DNA of 64,000 bases from an uncultured Halothiobacillus sp. (GTDB lineage Bacteria; Pseudomonadota; Gammaproteobacteria; Halothiobacillales; Halothiobacillaceae), in contig CAYOCG010000007.1 in assembly GCA_964402435.1 (NCBI GenBank), forward strand, positions 543 through 64,542. The letters are read 5' to 3'. Made by a program: the position numbers and the translations under genes. Every line of letters starts with the position of its first letter. Within the stretch, counting starts at the first letter, position 1. Below, one piece after another: positions 22,456 to 31,672 of this stretch. The notes beneath the pieces were generated by a model. That model was given only the letters and a program-made list of their open reading frames with translations. It was not told the origin of the DNA and did not search any database.

Positions 22456-22663
22456 GCTGCGCCTTGTCCCTGGCCGCGAGCATGCGATGCACGCGCTGAA
22501 AACCACCGATCAACCCCAAGACACCAAAGCTGAGCATGAACAAGGGCCGAGTATCCAACCAGCCATCCATAAGGTACCCAAGCAGCAAACCCGAGATCAC
22601 CATGGAGGCAAACACATTCCCCGCACTCACCATGAGCAGGTCGGATAAGGGATTTTTTTTCAT
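22445..22663 (-). CDS. atpZ: AtpZ/AtpI-family small membrane protein (putative F0F1-ATPase subunit)
   Basis: 72 aa from MKKNPLSDLLMVSAGNVFASMVISGLLLGYLMDGWL, with two TM helices. First gene of the atp operon; overlaps atpI by 11 nt. Confidence 0.6.
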   Translation of the reverse strand: MKKNPLSDLLMVSAGNVFASMVISGLLLGYLMDGWLDTRPLFMLSFGVLGLIGGFQRVHRMLAARDKAQHEG

Positions 22664-22771
22664 GTTTTCCAGTCTAACACTTAATGTTTTTGCCACTCAA
22701 CTTTCACAGCAGCAGCACAAAATGTGGGTTAGCATCCCCCTGTAGTGAGAACCTTTACAAGGATCATCGTG

Positions 22772-23437
22772 ATGCCCACTTCTTTGTTTGTTGTCGCGCT
22801 TTGCTTGACCAGCACGTTCGTCTTCGCTCCACCGACGCTCGCCGCCGCGCCGAGTGAAGTCGCATCCTGCCTTGCCTGTCACGGCGCGCAAGGCGAAGGT
22901 TTACCCGCAGCGGGGTATCCTCGTCTTGCCGGTTTGTCCAAAGCGTACATCAGCGCACAACTGCAAGCTTACCAAACCAGCCGCAGAGTCAATCCCATCA
23001 TGAGCGGCATTGCCCAGCCTCTCAGCGCTGCACAAATCGAGGTGATCGCAGACTGGTTCAGCACGCTGCCCATACCGAACCAAAAGGGAACCCCCATCTC
23101 AGACAGTCAGCAGGCAAGTATGGGGCAGCGTTTGGCCGAGCGTGGTGACTGGACCGCCGGCATCCCCGCCTGCTTCAACTGTCACAGCAACACCGCTAGC
23201 GGGGTGGGCGCGCATTTTCCGCCCATCATCGGTCAGCCCGCAGCCTACATCGAAGCACAGATTCAGGCGTGGAAACAGGGTCTGCGACAGGGTGTTCCCG
23301 ATGATATGGCGAATACGCTGATGTACACCATCGCTTTACGTTTGAACGATTCGCAAATCAAGAGCGTGGCCGCATGGCTTGCTGCTCAACCAACGGGCAG
23401 CGCCACATCTCCAGCGAGCTCGTTCACCAAGCATTGA
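22772..23437 (+). CDS. tsdB: dihaem cytochrome c4-like protein (TsdB-like)
   Basis: Signal peptide and two CxxCH motifs (CLACH, CFNCH), each followed by a cytochrome c4-type module. Lies immediately upstream of a TsdA-like gene. Confidence 0.65.
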   Translation: MPTSLFVVALCLTSTFVFAPPTLAAAPSEVASCLACHGAQGEGLPAAGYPRLAGLSKAYISAQLQAYQTSRRVNPIMSGIAQPLSAAQIEVIADWFSTLPIPNQKGTPISDSQQASMGQRLAERGDWTAGIPACFNCHSNTASGVGAHFPPIIGQPAAYIEAQIQAWKQGLRQGVPDDMANTLMYTIALRLNDSQIKSVAAWLAAQPTGSATSPASSFTKH

Positions 23438-23447
23438 GGATCTGGCC

Positions 23448-24395
23448 ATGCGCGCAGCAACCCGCACACTTACCACCATCATGGTGCTCACACTGAGCCT
23501 CATTCATGTCCTTTCGACCGCGCAGGCAGCGGAAATCAACCCCGCTGCGGGGACGCAGGTTTCCTTTCAGCCGCCGAGTGAGAACGACATACCTGAGGGT
23601 GAAATGGGCGACATGATCCGCCTTGGGCGGAACATCATGCTCGACACACCCAAGTACGCCGCAGCCTTTGTGGGAAACCAACTGGCATGTGTGAACTGTC
23701 ATCTGGACGCCGGCCGCATGGCCGGCTCCGCGCCCTTGTGGGCGGCCTATGTCAACTATCCCGCCTACCGCAGCAAGAACAAGCGGGTCAACACCTATCA
23801 AGAACGCCTCCAGGGCTGTTTTCGCTTCAGCATGAACGGCAAAGTTCCGCCACTTGGTGATGAAGTGCTCGTCGCACTCGAAGCCTATTCATTCTGGCTG
23901 GCCACCGGCCTGCCTGTCGGCAAAGAGGCCGCAGGTCGCGGCTACCCTGCCATCGACAACCCCCCGCTCGCTCCGGACTTCGCGCGCGGGCAAGCCGTTT
24001 ATCAAGCAAAATGTGCGATTTGTCATGGCGCGAACGGTGAGGGACAAAAAGCCGCCGGGCGCCGGGTGTTTCCGCCGCTGTGGGGCGATCAATCCTTCAA
24101 CTGGGGCGCCGGCATGGCCAATATCAACAACGCTGCGCGCTTCATCCGCGCCAACATGCCCTATGGCTTGTCGTACAGTCTCAGCGCACAGGAGGCTTGG
24201 GATGTCGCTTACTTCATGAACGCCCATGAAAGACCACAAGATCCGCGCTGGCTCGGCAGCGTACAGACCACACGCGCCAAGTTTCACGACACAGAGTACA
24301 GCCTGTACGGGCAAACCATACAGGGGCGCACGCTGGGCAACACAGGCGCACCCAAGCGCAAACCTGCCGCGCACGAAGCGGGCGTTGCGTTTTGA
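23448..24395 (+). CDS. tsdA: dihaem cytochrome c, thiosulfate dehydrogenase TsdA-like
   Basis: Signal peptide and two CxxCH motifs (CVNCH, CAICH). A Cys lies in GCFRFSMNG 39 residues after the first haem His, and an Asn-Met pair (RANMPYG) lies about 44 residues after the second haem His. Confidence 0.6.
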   Translation: MRAATRTLTTIMVLTLSLIHVLSTAQAAEINPAAGTQVSFQPPSENDIPEGEMGDMIRLGRNIMLDTPKYAAAFVGNQLACVNCHLDAGRMAGSAPLWAAYVNYPAYRSKNKRVNTYQERLQGCFRFSMNGKVPPLGDEVLVALEAYSFWLATGLPVGKEAAGRGYPAIDNPPLAPDFARGQAVYQAKCAICHGANGEGQKAAGRRVFPPLWGDQSFNWGAGMANINNAARFIRANMPYGLSYSLSAQEAWDVAYFMNAHERPQDPRWLGSVQTTRAKFHDTEYSLYGQTIQGRTLGNTGAPKRKPAAHEAGVAF

Positions 24396-24507
24396 ATCGC
24401 AAGTCACCGTATGCGCTTGGCGTGGGCTGCGTACAACGCGAGGATGAGCGACTCTCCGAGTTCTGTTATTCTCGCGCGCATCCATGATTATCCAGTGAAA
24501 CCGCACC

Positions 24508-25419
24508 ATGAAGCTTCAAACCCTTGCCATCGCCCTCGCCCTGATCGTCGGAACCAGCTCGCTGAGCGTGCACGCGGCGGAAAGCAAAAGCACCAAGAGC
24601 ACAGCCAGCAGCAAAACCAGCAAGCCAAGCGCTAAAACCACAGCAGCCGCTGCAGGTGTTGCCGGCATTGCAGGCGTCACCGCCATCGATACCGTCGCCG
24701 CCATTTCACAAACCCCCGAGCTGGATGCACTGAACAAACAGTGCGCGTCTGATCTTGTGGGCGGCAACCTGCCCAAGGCTGAAGAAAGCTGCAACAAGGC
24801 GCTGGCCACGGCTGAAAAAACCGCACCCAACTCCAAGCCCTTGGCGCTGGCCATCAGCCATCAGGCCTCTCTCTTTGCCGCCAAAGACATGAAGGCCGAA
24901 GCTGAAGCAAGCTACAAAAAATCACTGGCCATGTACGAAGCCGCACTGAACCCGAACCACCTTGCGGTGGCTACGGCTTTGAGTCAGCTCGCAGGCTTCT
25001 ACTTTGTGCAAGACCGCTACGCGGAGGCTTTACCGCTGTACTCGCGTGCACTGCAAATCGATGAACGCGCACTGGGTGCTGACCACCCGGAAGTTGCCAA
25101 GGATCTTTACAATCTCTCCACCGTCAACGCAGCGCTCGGCAACTTCAAGGATGCCGAAACCCAAGGTCAGCGTTGCTTGCAGATTCGCCAGAAAGTCCTG
25201 AAAGACAACGACCCCGCTTTGGCGCGCACCTTGGCGCGCATGGGTGAGAACTACGCGCTGCAAGGCCGTACCGACGATGCCATTCGTGCTTATGGTCTCG
25301 CCGCACGTGCCAGCGAGAAGGCGCACGGTGCCGACTCACCCGATGTCGCCAAATACAACGCCAAGGTCGCCGCACTGCAAACCCAAATGAGCGGTACCGC
25401 CCCGGCCAACAACCCGTAA
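24508..25419 (+). CDS. secreted tetratricopeptide-repeat protein
   Basis: Signal peptide, low-complexity Ser/Lys/Thr/Ala linker, then repeated TPR_12-like units (YSRALQIDERALGADHPEVAKDLYNLSTV). Confidence 0.75.
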   Translation: MKLQTLAIALALIVGTSSLSVHAAESKSTKSTASSKTSKPSAKTTAAAAGVAGIAGVTAIDTVAAISQTPELDALNKQCASDLVGGNLPKAEESCNKALATAEKTAPNSKPLALAISHQASLFAAKDMKAEAEASYKKSLAMYEAALNPNHLAVATALSQLAGFYFVQDRYAEALPLYSRALQIDERALGADHPEVAKDLYNLSTVNAALGNFKDAETQGQRCLQIRQKVLKDNDPALARTLARMGENYALQGRTDDAIRAYGLAARASEKAHGADSPDVAKYNAKVAALQTQMSGTAPANNP

Positions 25420-25449
25420 GCTGCAACTCACACGCCTGACGGGGTTGCC

Positions 25450-26427
25450 GTGCACTCGCCCCCGACACCCTGTGAACCCTCCGCCCTCGCCGTGTCCGCG
25501 CGGGGGTTGTGCAAGCGCTACGTCTCGCCGCGTGGTGATACGCGACTTGCGGTGGATCACCTGGATCTTGATGTGCTGCGTGGCATTTGCTTTGGTCTGC
25601 TTGGCCCGAACGGTGCGGGCAAAACCACGACGCTACGCATGCTGCTTGGCACCACGCCCGCCAGCGCGGGTGAGCTGGAAATTCTCGGCTTGCGCATGCC
25701 ACAGGATGCACGGCGCATCCGCGCCCGTTTGGGCATTGTGCCGCAAAGCGACAACCTCGATCCGGATCTGAGTGTTGAGCAAAACCTGCGCGTTTATGCA
25801 CGTTTCTTTGGCCTGCCGCGCAAGGGGCTGGATGCGCTGATTGATCAGCTCCTGCACTTCGCCCGTCTTGAGGATCGCCGCCATGCCACGGTCGAGAGCC
25901 TCTCCGGCGGCATGAAGCGCCGCCTGACGCTGGCGCGCGCGTTGATCAACGCGCCTGATCTGCTGGTACTGGATGAGCCGACCACCGGTCTTGATCCGCA
26001 GGCACGACACATTTTGTGGAGTCGGCTGGAAGAGCTGAAAGCAGAGGGCACCACGTTACTGCTCACCACGCACTACATGGACGAGGCCGAGCGCCTGTGT
26101 GACCACCTGGTGATCATGGATCACGGCCGGCTACTCGACCAAGGCTCACCACGCGAACTCATCCAGCGCCATGTTGAGCCTTGGGTGCTGGACATTCGCC
26201 TTGCCGCGCAGCAGGCCAAGCCCTTGCAGCCTTTAAGCGACTATGGTCGCTTGGAGCAGCACGGCACCAGCCTGCATCTTTATACCCATGATGTGCATCG
26301 GGCGCGCGCAGCACTGGACGCGCAGCTTGCCGCCACAGGGCTATCCCCCGTCGTGCTACAACGTCCAAGCGGGCTGGAAGATGTGTTTTTGCGCTTGACT
26401 GGACGCGATTTGCGCGAGGGTACTTAG
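25450..26427 (+). CDS. ABC transporter ATP-binding protein (ABC-2/NodI-like)
   Basis: Walker A GPNGAGKTT, signature LSGGMKRRL and Walker B LLVLDEPT. GTG start. Confidence 0.9.
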   Translation: MHSPPTPCEPSALAVSARGLCKRYVSPRGDTRLAVDHLDLDVLRGICFGLLGPNGAGKTTTLRMLLGTTPASAGELEILGLRMPQDARRIRARLGIVPQSDNLDPDLSVEQNLRVYARFFGLPRKGLDALIDQLLHFARLEDRRHATVESLSGGMKRRLTLARALINAPDLLVLDEPTTGLDPQARHILWSRLEELKAEGTTLLLTTHYMDEAERLCDHLVIMDHGRLLDQGSPRELIQRHVEPWVLDIRLAAQQAKPLQPLSDYGRLEQHGTSLHLYTHDVHRARAALDAQLAATGLSPVVLQRPSGLEDVFLRLTGRDLREGT

Positions 26428-26429
26428 CT

Positions 26430-27200
26430 ATGGCCACGCTCCCCTCCTTGCATGCCGCCCTCGCGGTGTTCACACGCAACTTTCTTGTCTGGCGCCGTCT
26501 GTTCTGGCCGGCCCTGGTGATGAATCTTGGCGAACCGGCGCTGTATCTCATCGGTCTGGGGCTTGGGCTGGGCACATTCATCGGCCAGATGCAGGGCATG
26601 GATTACTTGACCTTTCTTGCCAGCGGCATCCTCGCCTCGTCGGTGATGAACACGGCAAGCTTCGAGGGTATGTACTCGGTATACACCCGTATGGGGCCGC
26701 AAAAAACCTATGACGCCATGCTCGCCACGCCGCTTGGCATCGAAGATGTCGTTTTGGGCGAAATGCTGTGGTGCGGCGCCAAAGCGCTATTCAGTGCGCT
26801 GGGCATTCTCATCACTGCCTATGCACTGGGTGCCATCCATGCACCCAGCGCGCTGTGGGCACTGCCGATTGCCCTGCTCACCGGCCTCGCCTTCGCGGGC
26901 CCTGCGATGATGATGGCCGCGCTGGCGCGCAATTACGAATTCTTCAATTACTACTTCGTACTCGTGCTCACCCCCATGCTGCTGCTCTCGGGCGTGTTTT
27001 TCCCCATGGACGGTCTGCCTGCCGGTCTGCGCCCCTTGATTGACCTGTTACCGCTGGCACATGCAGTGGAGCTGATGCGTGCCGTGGTATTGGATGTAGC
27101 GCTTTCACGTCCATGGACTAATATCCTTGTTTTAGGTGCTTACATTGTTTTGGGTTTCGCTGGCGCGGCCGCGCTGATTCGCCGCCGACTCCTAATCTAG
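26430..27200 (+). CDS. ABC-2 type transporter permease (NodJ/YadH-like)
   Basis: 256 aa with about 6 TM helices. Follows the ATPase gene at a 2-nt gap. Confidence 0.85.
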   Translation: MATLPSLHAALAVFTRNFLVWRRLFWPALVMNLGEPALYLIGLGLGLGTFIGQMQGMDYLTFLASGILASSVMNTASFEGMYSVYTRMGPQKTYDAMLATPLGIEDVVLGEMLWCGAKALFSALGILITAYALGAIHAPSALWALPIALLTGLAFAGPAMMMAALARNYEFFNYYFVLVLTPMLLLSGVFFPMDGLPAGLRPLIDLLPLAHAVELMRAVVLDVALSRPWTNILVLGAYIVLGFAGAAALIRRRLLI

Positions 27201-27282
27201 CGCGACAGGGGCGCGATGACATACCCATGCCCCTTCATGAGATCACGGGGCATGGATTAAGGGTTAAATTCGGGTAATCAAC

Positions 27283-29226
27283 TTGTCGCCTTCGCCGTTA
27301 TTGCAGACTTCATCACCCTGGTTGGCGCATCCCGTCTATGGCGCTCTTCTCGCCAATATCCTGCTTGGCAGCCTTTATTTTGCGCTGGTCGCACTGGTGG
27401 CTCTTGGCTTCGAAGATGATGCGCCGGTTTGGCCAGCCAGTGCGCTTGCCATGTTTGCCATACTGGCGGGCGGCCGGCGCTGGCTGCCGGGCGTGGCGTT
27501 CGCCTCATGGCTGGGTAATCATTTTCTCATCGGCTGGTCGGCGGAATGGGCGTTGTGGATCACCGTAGGCAATACGCTCGCTCCCCTGCTTTCCAAAGCC
27601 ATCTTGCAACGTTTTACGCCTGATGCCAGCCTACCTTTGGACAGTGGACGTGACGTTGCGCTGTTCAGTTTGGTCGCGGTGCTCAATGCCACCTTGAGTG
27701 CCGGTTTTGGCGCCCAGGCGCTGCACTACGGCAGCACCAACGAATTGCCGCTCGACGATGCATTTTTTAGTTGGTTTGTGAGTGATTTGGCAGCCATTTT
27801 ATTGCTCACCCCCTCAATGCTGCTCTGGTGGCGTGATGCGCATCAACCTTGTGAGTTGCTGCGTGGCGATGGTGAAATGTGGCTGGCAGCCACCTCGCTG
27901 ATCGTGGTAACCAGCTTCCTCTTTTTCTCGCCGCCGACCGACGCGACATCACTGCTGCGTACCGGCACGTTTATGATTTTATTGCCGCTCGTCTGGGTAG
28001 CGCTGCGCTTTCCTCAGCGCAGCACGTTTACCTTGATGGCCACGGTGTTTGTCATCAGCGTGCTCGGCACATGGCTGGAAAAGGGCGTTCTCACCCAACT
28101 CACCGTACCGTACACCCGCCTGCAAATCATCCTCATCACCATCAGCCTGATCACACTCTTGGTCAGCGCCATGTCTGTCGAACGCCGCCGCGTCATGGAC
28201 GCGCTCAGTCTGAGCTACGCCACACTAGAAGATCGGGTCAAAGAACGCACCCAGCAGCTCAGTGACAACCTCAAACACCTGGAAATGCTGCTGGACAATC
28301 TGCCCGTGCCGATGGTCATCACCCGCCCGGACAAGTCGATTGTCATCTACGCCAATCTGGCTGCTGCCGACTACGGCGGGTATTCGCTGAACAAGATGAT
28401 CGGCAGCAGCAGCATGAATTACTTCCACAACATCGACGATTTTCATGCCCTCAAGACGCGCCTGGAAGCGGAGGGCTCACTCAACTCGCACGAAGTCGCG
28501 CTACGCCACCGCGACGGTCATACCCTCTGGGCGCTGCTTTCCGCTGTGCCCTCCTGGTACAACGACATCCCGGTGGTGATTTTCGCCTTCCAGGACATCA
28601 GTGAAGCAAAACAGCGCGAACTGAATCTGGAGACCATGGTCAGCACCGATGCCCTGACCCAGGTCGCTACCCGACGCCATTTCATGCAACGTGCTGAAGA
28701 GGTGCGCTTGCTGGCCGAGCGGCAGGCGCAGCCTTTTGCTTTGTTCATGCTCGATCTGGATCATTTCAAAAGCATCAATGACACCCACGGGCACCGCGCG
28801 GGCGATCATGTGCTGGCGAAGGTAGCGCAAACCTTCCGCCTTTCCTTGCGCCCCGGGGATCTGTGCGGCCGATTGGGTGGCGAGGAATTCGCCGTCATTT
28901 TGAGCAACACCACGCGCCATGCCGCAGAAATCAGTGCCGAGCGCCTACGTCAGGCGATCCATGCGCTGCACATTCACATGGACAACGGCAGCACGGTCAT
29001 CCCCTCGGTGAGTATAGGCGCCTGCATTTATTACCCCAGTGGCACAGAACCTGATACTCCATGTCTTGGCACAAGATCGATCGAGGAAATGATCGAACTG
29101 GCGGATCAAGCGCTCTATCGCGCCAAGCAAAGCGGCCGTAACCGGGTGGTCTTTGCCCATGAACTGAAAACCTCGGAAACCTCTCAGCATGTTGACGCTC
29201 GCGCGCCCCGGCCTACCCAATCTTGA
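27283..29226 (+). CDS. membrane-bound diguanylate cyclase (MASE1-like TM region, PAS, GGDEF)
   Basis: Multi-TM N-terminus and a PAS segment (PVPMVITRPDKSIVIYANLAAADYGGYS). The GGDEF domain has active site RLGGEEF, with I-site RPGD five residues upstream. The TTG start is uncertain. Confidence 0.85.
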   Translation: MSPSPLLQTSSPWLAHPVYGALLANILLGSLYFALVALVALGFEDDAPVWPASALAMFAILAGGRRWLPGVAFASWLGNHFLIGWSAEWALWITVGNTLAPLLSKAILQRFTPDASLPLDSGRDVALFSLVAVLNATLSAGFGAQALHYGSTNELPLDDAFFSWFVSDLAAILLLTPSMLLWWRDAHQPCELLRGDGEMWLAATSLIVVTSFLFFSPPTDATSLLRTGTFMILLPLVWVALRFPQRSTFTLMATVFVISVLGTWLEKGVLTQLTVPYTRLQIILITISLITLLVSAMSVERRRVMDALSLSYATLEDRVKERTQQLSDNLKHLEMLLDNLPVPMVITRPDKSIVIYANLAAADYGGYSLNKMIGSSSMNYFHNIDDFHALKTRLEAEGSLNSHEVALRHRDGHTLWALLSAVPSWYNDIPVVIFAFQDISEAKQRELNLETMVSTDALTQVATRRHFMQRAEEVRLLAERQAQPFALFMLDLDHFKSINDTHGHRAGDHVLAKVAQTFRLSLRPGDLCGRLGGEEFAVILSNTTRHAAEISAERLRQAIHALHIHMDNGSTVIPSVSIGACIYYPSGTEPDTPCLGTRSIEEMIELADQALYRAKQSGRNRVVFAHELKTSETSQHVDARAPRPTQS

Positions 29227-29656
29227 TCTGCACCACCTCGTGCTCGACTTCAACGGCACGCTAGCCTTGCGCGGCCTGTTGATCGACGGCGTGGCGACAC
29301 GCTGCGCGCACTTGGCCGAGCACCTGCAACTGCACTGCGTCACCGGCGACACGTTTGGCACGGCGCGTCTGGCGCTTGCTGGCCTGCCCATCCACCTGCA
29401 CGTTTTGCCAAGTGAAGGGCAGTCGCATACCAAGCGCGATTATCTGCTTCAACTCGAAGGCGGCGTATGTGCCATCGGCAACGGCTGGAATGACCGGCTG
29501 ATGCTGGAAGAAGCTGATCTGGCCTTCGCCGTGTTGATGCAGGAAGGCGCAGCCAGTGCCACCTTGCACGCGGCCGATGCGGTGTTCACCTGCATTCTCG
29601 ATGCGTTGGATACCCTGCTTGACCCCACGCGGCTGGTCGCACTTTTACGCGACTGA
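29189..29656 (+). CDS. HAD-superfamily protein, soluble P-type-ATPase-like (COG4087 type)
   Basis: LHHLVLDFNGTLA (DxxGT phospho-acceptor motif), VTGDT and IGNGWNDRLMLEEADL. The start overlaps the cyclase 3' end by 38 nt. Confidence 0.7.
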   Translation: MLTLARPGLPNLDLHHLVLDFNGTLALRGLLIDGVATRCAHLAEHLQLHCVTGDTFGTARLALAGLPIHLHVLPSEGQSHTKRDYLLQLEGGVCAIGNGWNDRLMLEEADLAFAVLMQEGAASATLHAADAVFTCILDALDTLLDPTRLVALLRD

Positions 29657-29663
29657 CGACCGG

Positions 29664-29823
29664 GCACCTCGAAAAACCGTCACGAACGGGCGGAGTGCGA
29701 GGAGCCCCGCAGCGAATCCCCGAGACATATCAAGTGGATAGGCGAGGGGTGAGCGGGCTTGCGCCAGCTTCGCGTTAGGAAGCGACGCAGCAATTCGCTC
29801 GCGTAGTAGGTTTTTCGAGGTGC
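29664..29823 (+). repeat. Family-1 MITE-like element, copy B (complete, 160 bp)
   Basis: 15-bp terminal inverted repeats GCACCTCGAAAAACC / GGTTTTTCGAGGTGC. Nearly identical to the reverse complement of 5896..6053 and to 63879..64000. Fills the convergent gap between the HAD gene and comM. Confidence 0.85.
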
Positions 29824-29824
29824 C

Positions 29825-31300
29825 CTACCACGGCGACTCACGATAACCCAACGCCTCGGCCAGATGTTCGGCGCGAATGGTTTCCTCACCGGCCAGATCG
29901 GCAATGGTGCGCGCCACGCGCAACACTTTGTCACGCCCGCGCGCCGACAAGGCCAAGCGATCCATCGCCTGTTCCAAAAGATGGTTTTCCGCTGCGCCCA
30001 GGCGCGCATGACGGTTCAACTCGACGCTGCTCAAGCGCGCATTCGGCAGACCAGCGCGCGCCATCTGCCGCTGCCGCGCTGCTTCAACCCGCGCACGCAC
30101 CACGGCCGAGCGTTCGCCATCCTGCGGTGCATCCTGGCGCAAATGTTCCTTGGGCACGGCAGGTAGGTTGAGCTGGATGTCGATGCGATCAAGCAAGGGG
30201 CCTGAGAGGCGGGCACGGTAGCGCCGACCCGCCTCAGGGTCCGAGTCATCGCCCTTGGGGCTGGGGTTCATGGCTGCAATCAACTGAAATGCCGCAGGAA
30301 ACTCCACCTGCCGTGCCGCGCGAGAAATGACGATGTGCCCGGTTTCCAGCGGCTCGCGTAACACCTCCAATGCGCGCCGGTCGAATTCGGGCAGTTCATC
30401 AAGAAACAGCACGCCGTGATGCGCCAGCGAAATCTCCCCCGGGCGCGGCTGCCCACCGCCACCGATCAGTGCAATCGCAGACGCGGTATGGTGCGGTGCA
30501 CGAAAAGGGCGCACACCCCACTGCGCGTCATCGAAGCCCTGGCTGCTGACCGACCAGATCGCCGCGCAGTCCAGTGCTTCCTGTTCGCTCATGCGCGGCA
30601 GAAGCGTGGCAAAACGCTGCGCCAACATGCTTTTCCCTGCCCCCGGCGGGCCGACCATCAACAGGTTGTGCCCACCCGCAGCCGCCACTTCCAACGCGCG
30701 CTTGGCGCGATGCTGACCGCGCACATCGGCCAGATCCAGCCCTTCCTCCCGCCGTGGCGTCAAGGCCGGCTGTTCGGCACCCAGCAGGGTTGCACCTAAA
30801 AGATGCGCCACCACCTCACGCACATGCCATGCACCAAAAACACGCACGCCCTCCACCCGCGCAGCTTCTGCTGCATTGTCTTTGGGCACGATCAGCGCCC
30901 GGCCGGCATCGCGGGCGCGCAGCGCGGCGGGCAGCACACCGGGCACCGGGCGCAAGGCGCCGCTGAGCGCCAATTCGCCAAGAAACTCCACGCCGTCCAG
31001 CGCCTTGGCCGGCAATTGACCGCTGGCGGCCAGCAGACCAAGCGCAACGGCCAGATCAAAACGCCCGCCCTCCTTGGGCAAATCCGCCGGCGCAAGATTG
31101 ACGGTGATACGCCGCGCCGGCATGTCATAGCCACAGGTGAGCAGCGCAGCGCGCACCCGCTCGCGGCTTTCGCGCACCGCCGCCTCAGGCAAGCCGACCA
31201 GGGCGAAGGCCGGCAGGCCGTTGGCTACATGGGTTTCCACGCTGACGAGCGGCGCATCGACCCCAAGCTGGGCACGCGCCAAGCTGACCGCAAGCGACAT
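29825..31300 (-). CDS. comM: YifB/ComM family Mg-chelatase-like AAA+ ATPase
   Basis: N-terminal Lon-protease-like domain, Walker A GPPGAGKSM, and VLFLDELPEF. Confidence 0.9.
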   Translation of the reverse strand: MSLAVSLARAQLGVDAPLVSVETHVANGLPAFALVGLPEAAVRESRERVRAALLTCGYDMPARRITVNLAPADLPKEGGRFDLAVALGLLAASGQLPAKALDGVEFLGELALSGALRPVPGVLPAALRARDAGRALIVPKDNAAEAARVEGVRVFGAWHVREVVAHLLGATLLGAEQPALTPRREEGLDLADVRGQHRAKRALEVAAAGGHNLLMVGPPGAGKSMLAQRFATLLPRMSEQEALDCAAIWSVSSQGFDDAQWGVRPFRAPHHTASAIALIGGGGQPRPGEISLAHHGVLFLDELPEFDRRALEVLREPLETGHIVISRAARQVEFPAAFQLIAAMNPSPKGDDSDPEAGRRYRARLSGPLLDRIDIQLNLPAVPKEHLRQDAPQDGERSAVVRARVEAARQRQMARAGLPNARLSSVELNRHARLGAAENHLLEQAMDRLALSARGRDKVLRVARTIADLAGEETIRAEHLAEALGYRESPW

Positions 31301-31309
31301 GGACGCGCT

Positions 31310-31594
31310 TTACTCGTTGGTTGTCGAGGATGTTGTCGCTTGCGCATCGGCGGGCATGCGCGCCTCGTACGCGGCCAAACGCGCCTCCAGCGCCTCGACC
31401 TTCTCCCGCGTGCGCTCCAGCACACGGCGCTGCACCTCAAATTCCTCGCGAGTCACCACGTCCATTGTGGCGAGCATCTGCTGCACCCCCAGGCGGACGG
31501 TTTTCTCCACGTCCTCACGCACGCCCTTGAGCTTGTCGGGCAAGCCTTCGCCCAGACGGCGCACCACCTCATCCAAACGCTTGGGATCGAACAT
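31310..31594 (-). CDS. ubiK: ubiquinone biosynthesis accessory factor UbiK (BMFP/YqiC family)
   Basis: MFDPKRLDEVVRRLGEGLP...VVTREEFEVQRRVLERTREKVEALEARL coiled coil. The start could be M13 or M15 of the ORF. Confidence 0.75.
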   Translation of the reverse strand: MFDPKRLDEVVRRLGEGLPDKLKGVREDVEKTVRLGVQQMLATMDVVTREEFEVQRRVLERTREKVEALEARLAAYEARMPADAQATTSSTTNE

Positions 31595-31672
31595 CGTCAT
31601 CCGGCATCTCCTCCATCGGTTGCATTCCGCCGCCAAGTCTAGCAGTACGCCGGCTCAACCGCCGCTGCACAT

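Noticed and set aside
22671-22700. Sigma-70-like promoter (TTGAGT-18-TAGACT on the minus strand) for the atp operon
   Set aside because: It would place the transcription start essentially at the atpZ ATG (22663), leaving no room for an RBS. It is either coincidental or the atpZ start is mis-set, so it is not reported as a feature.
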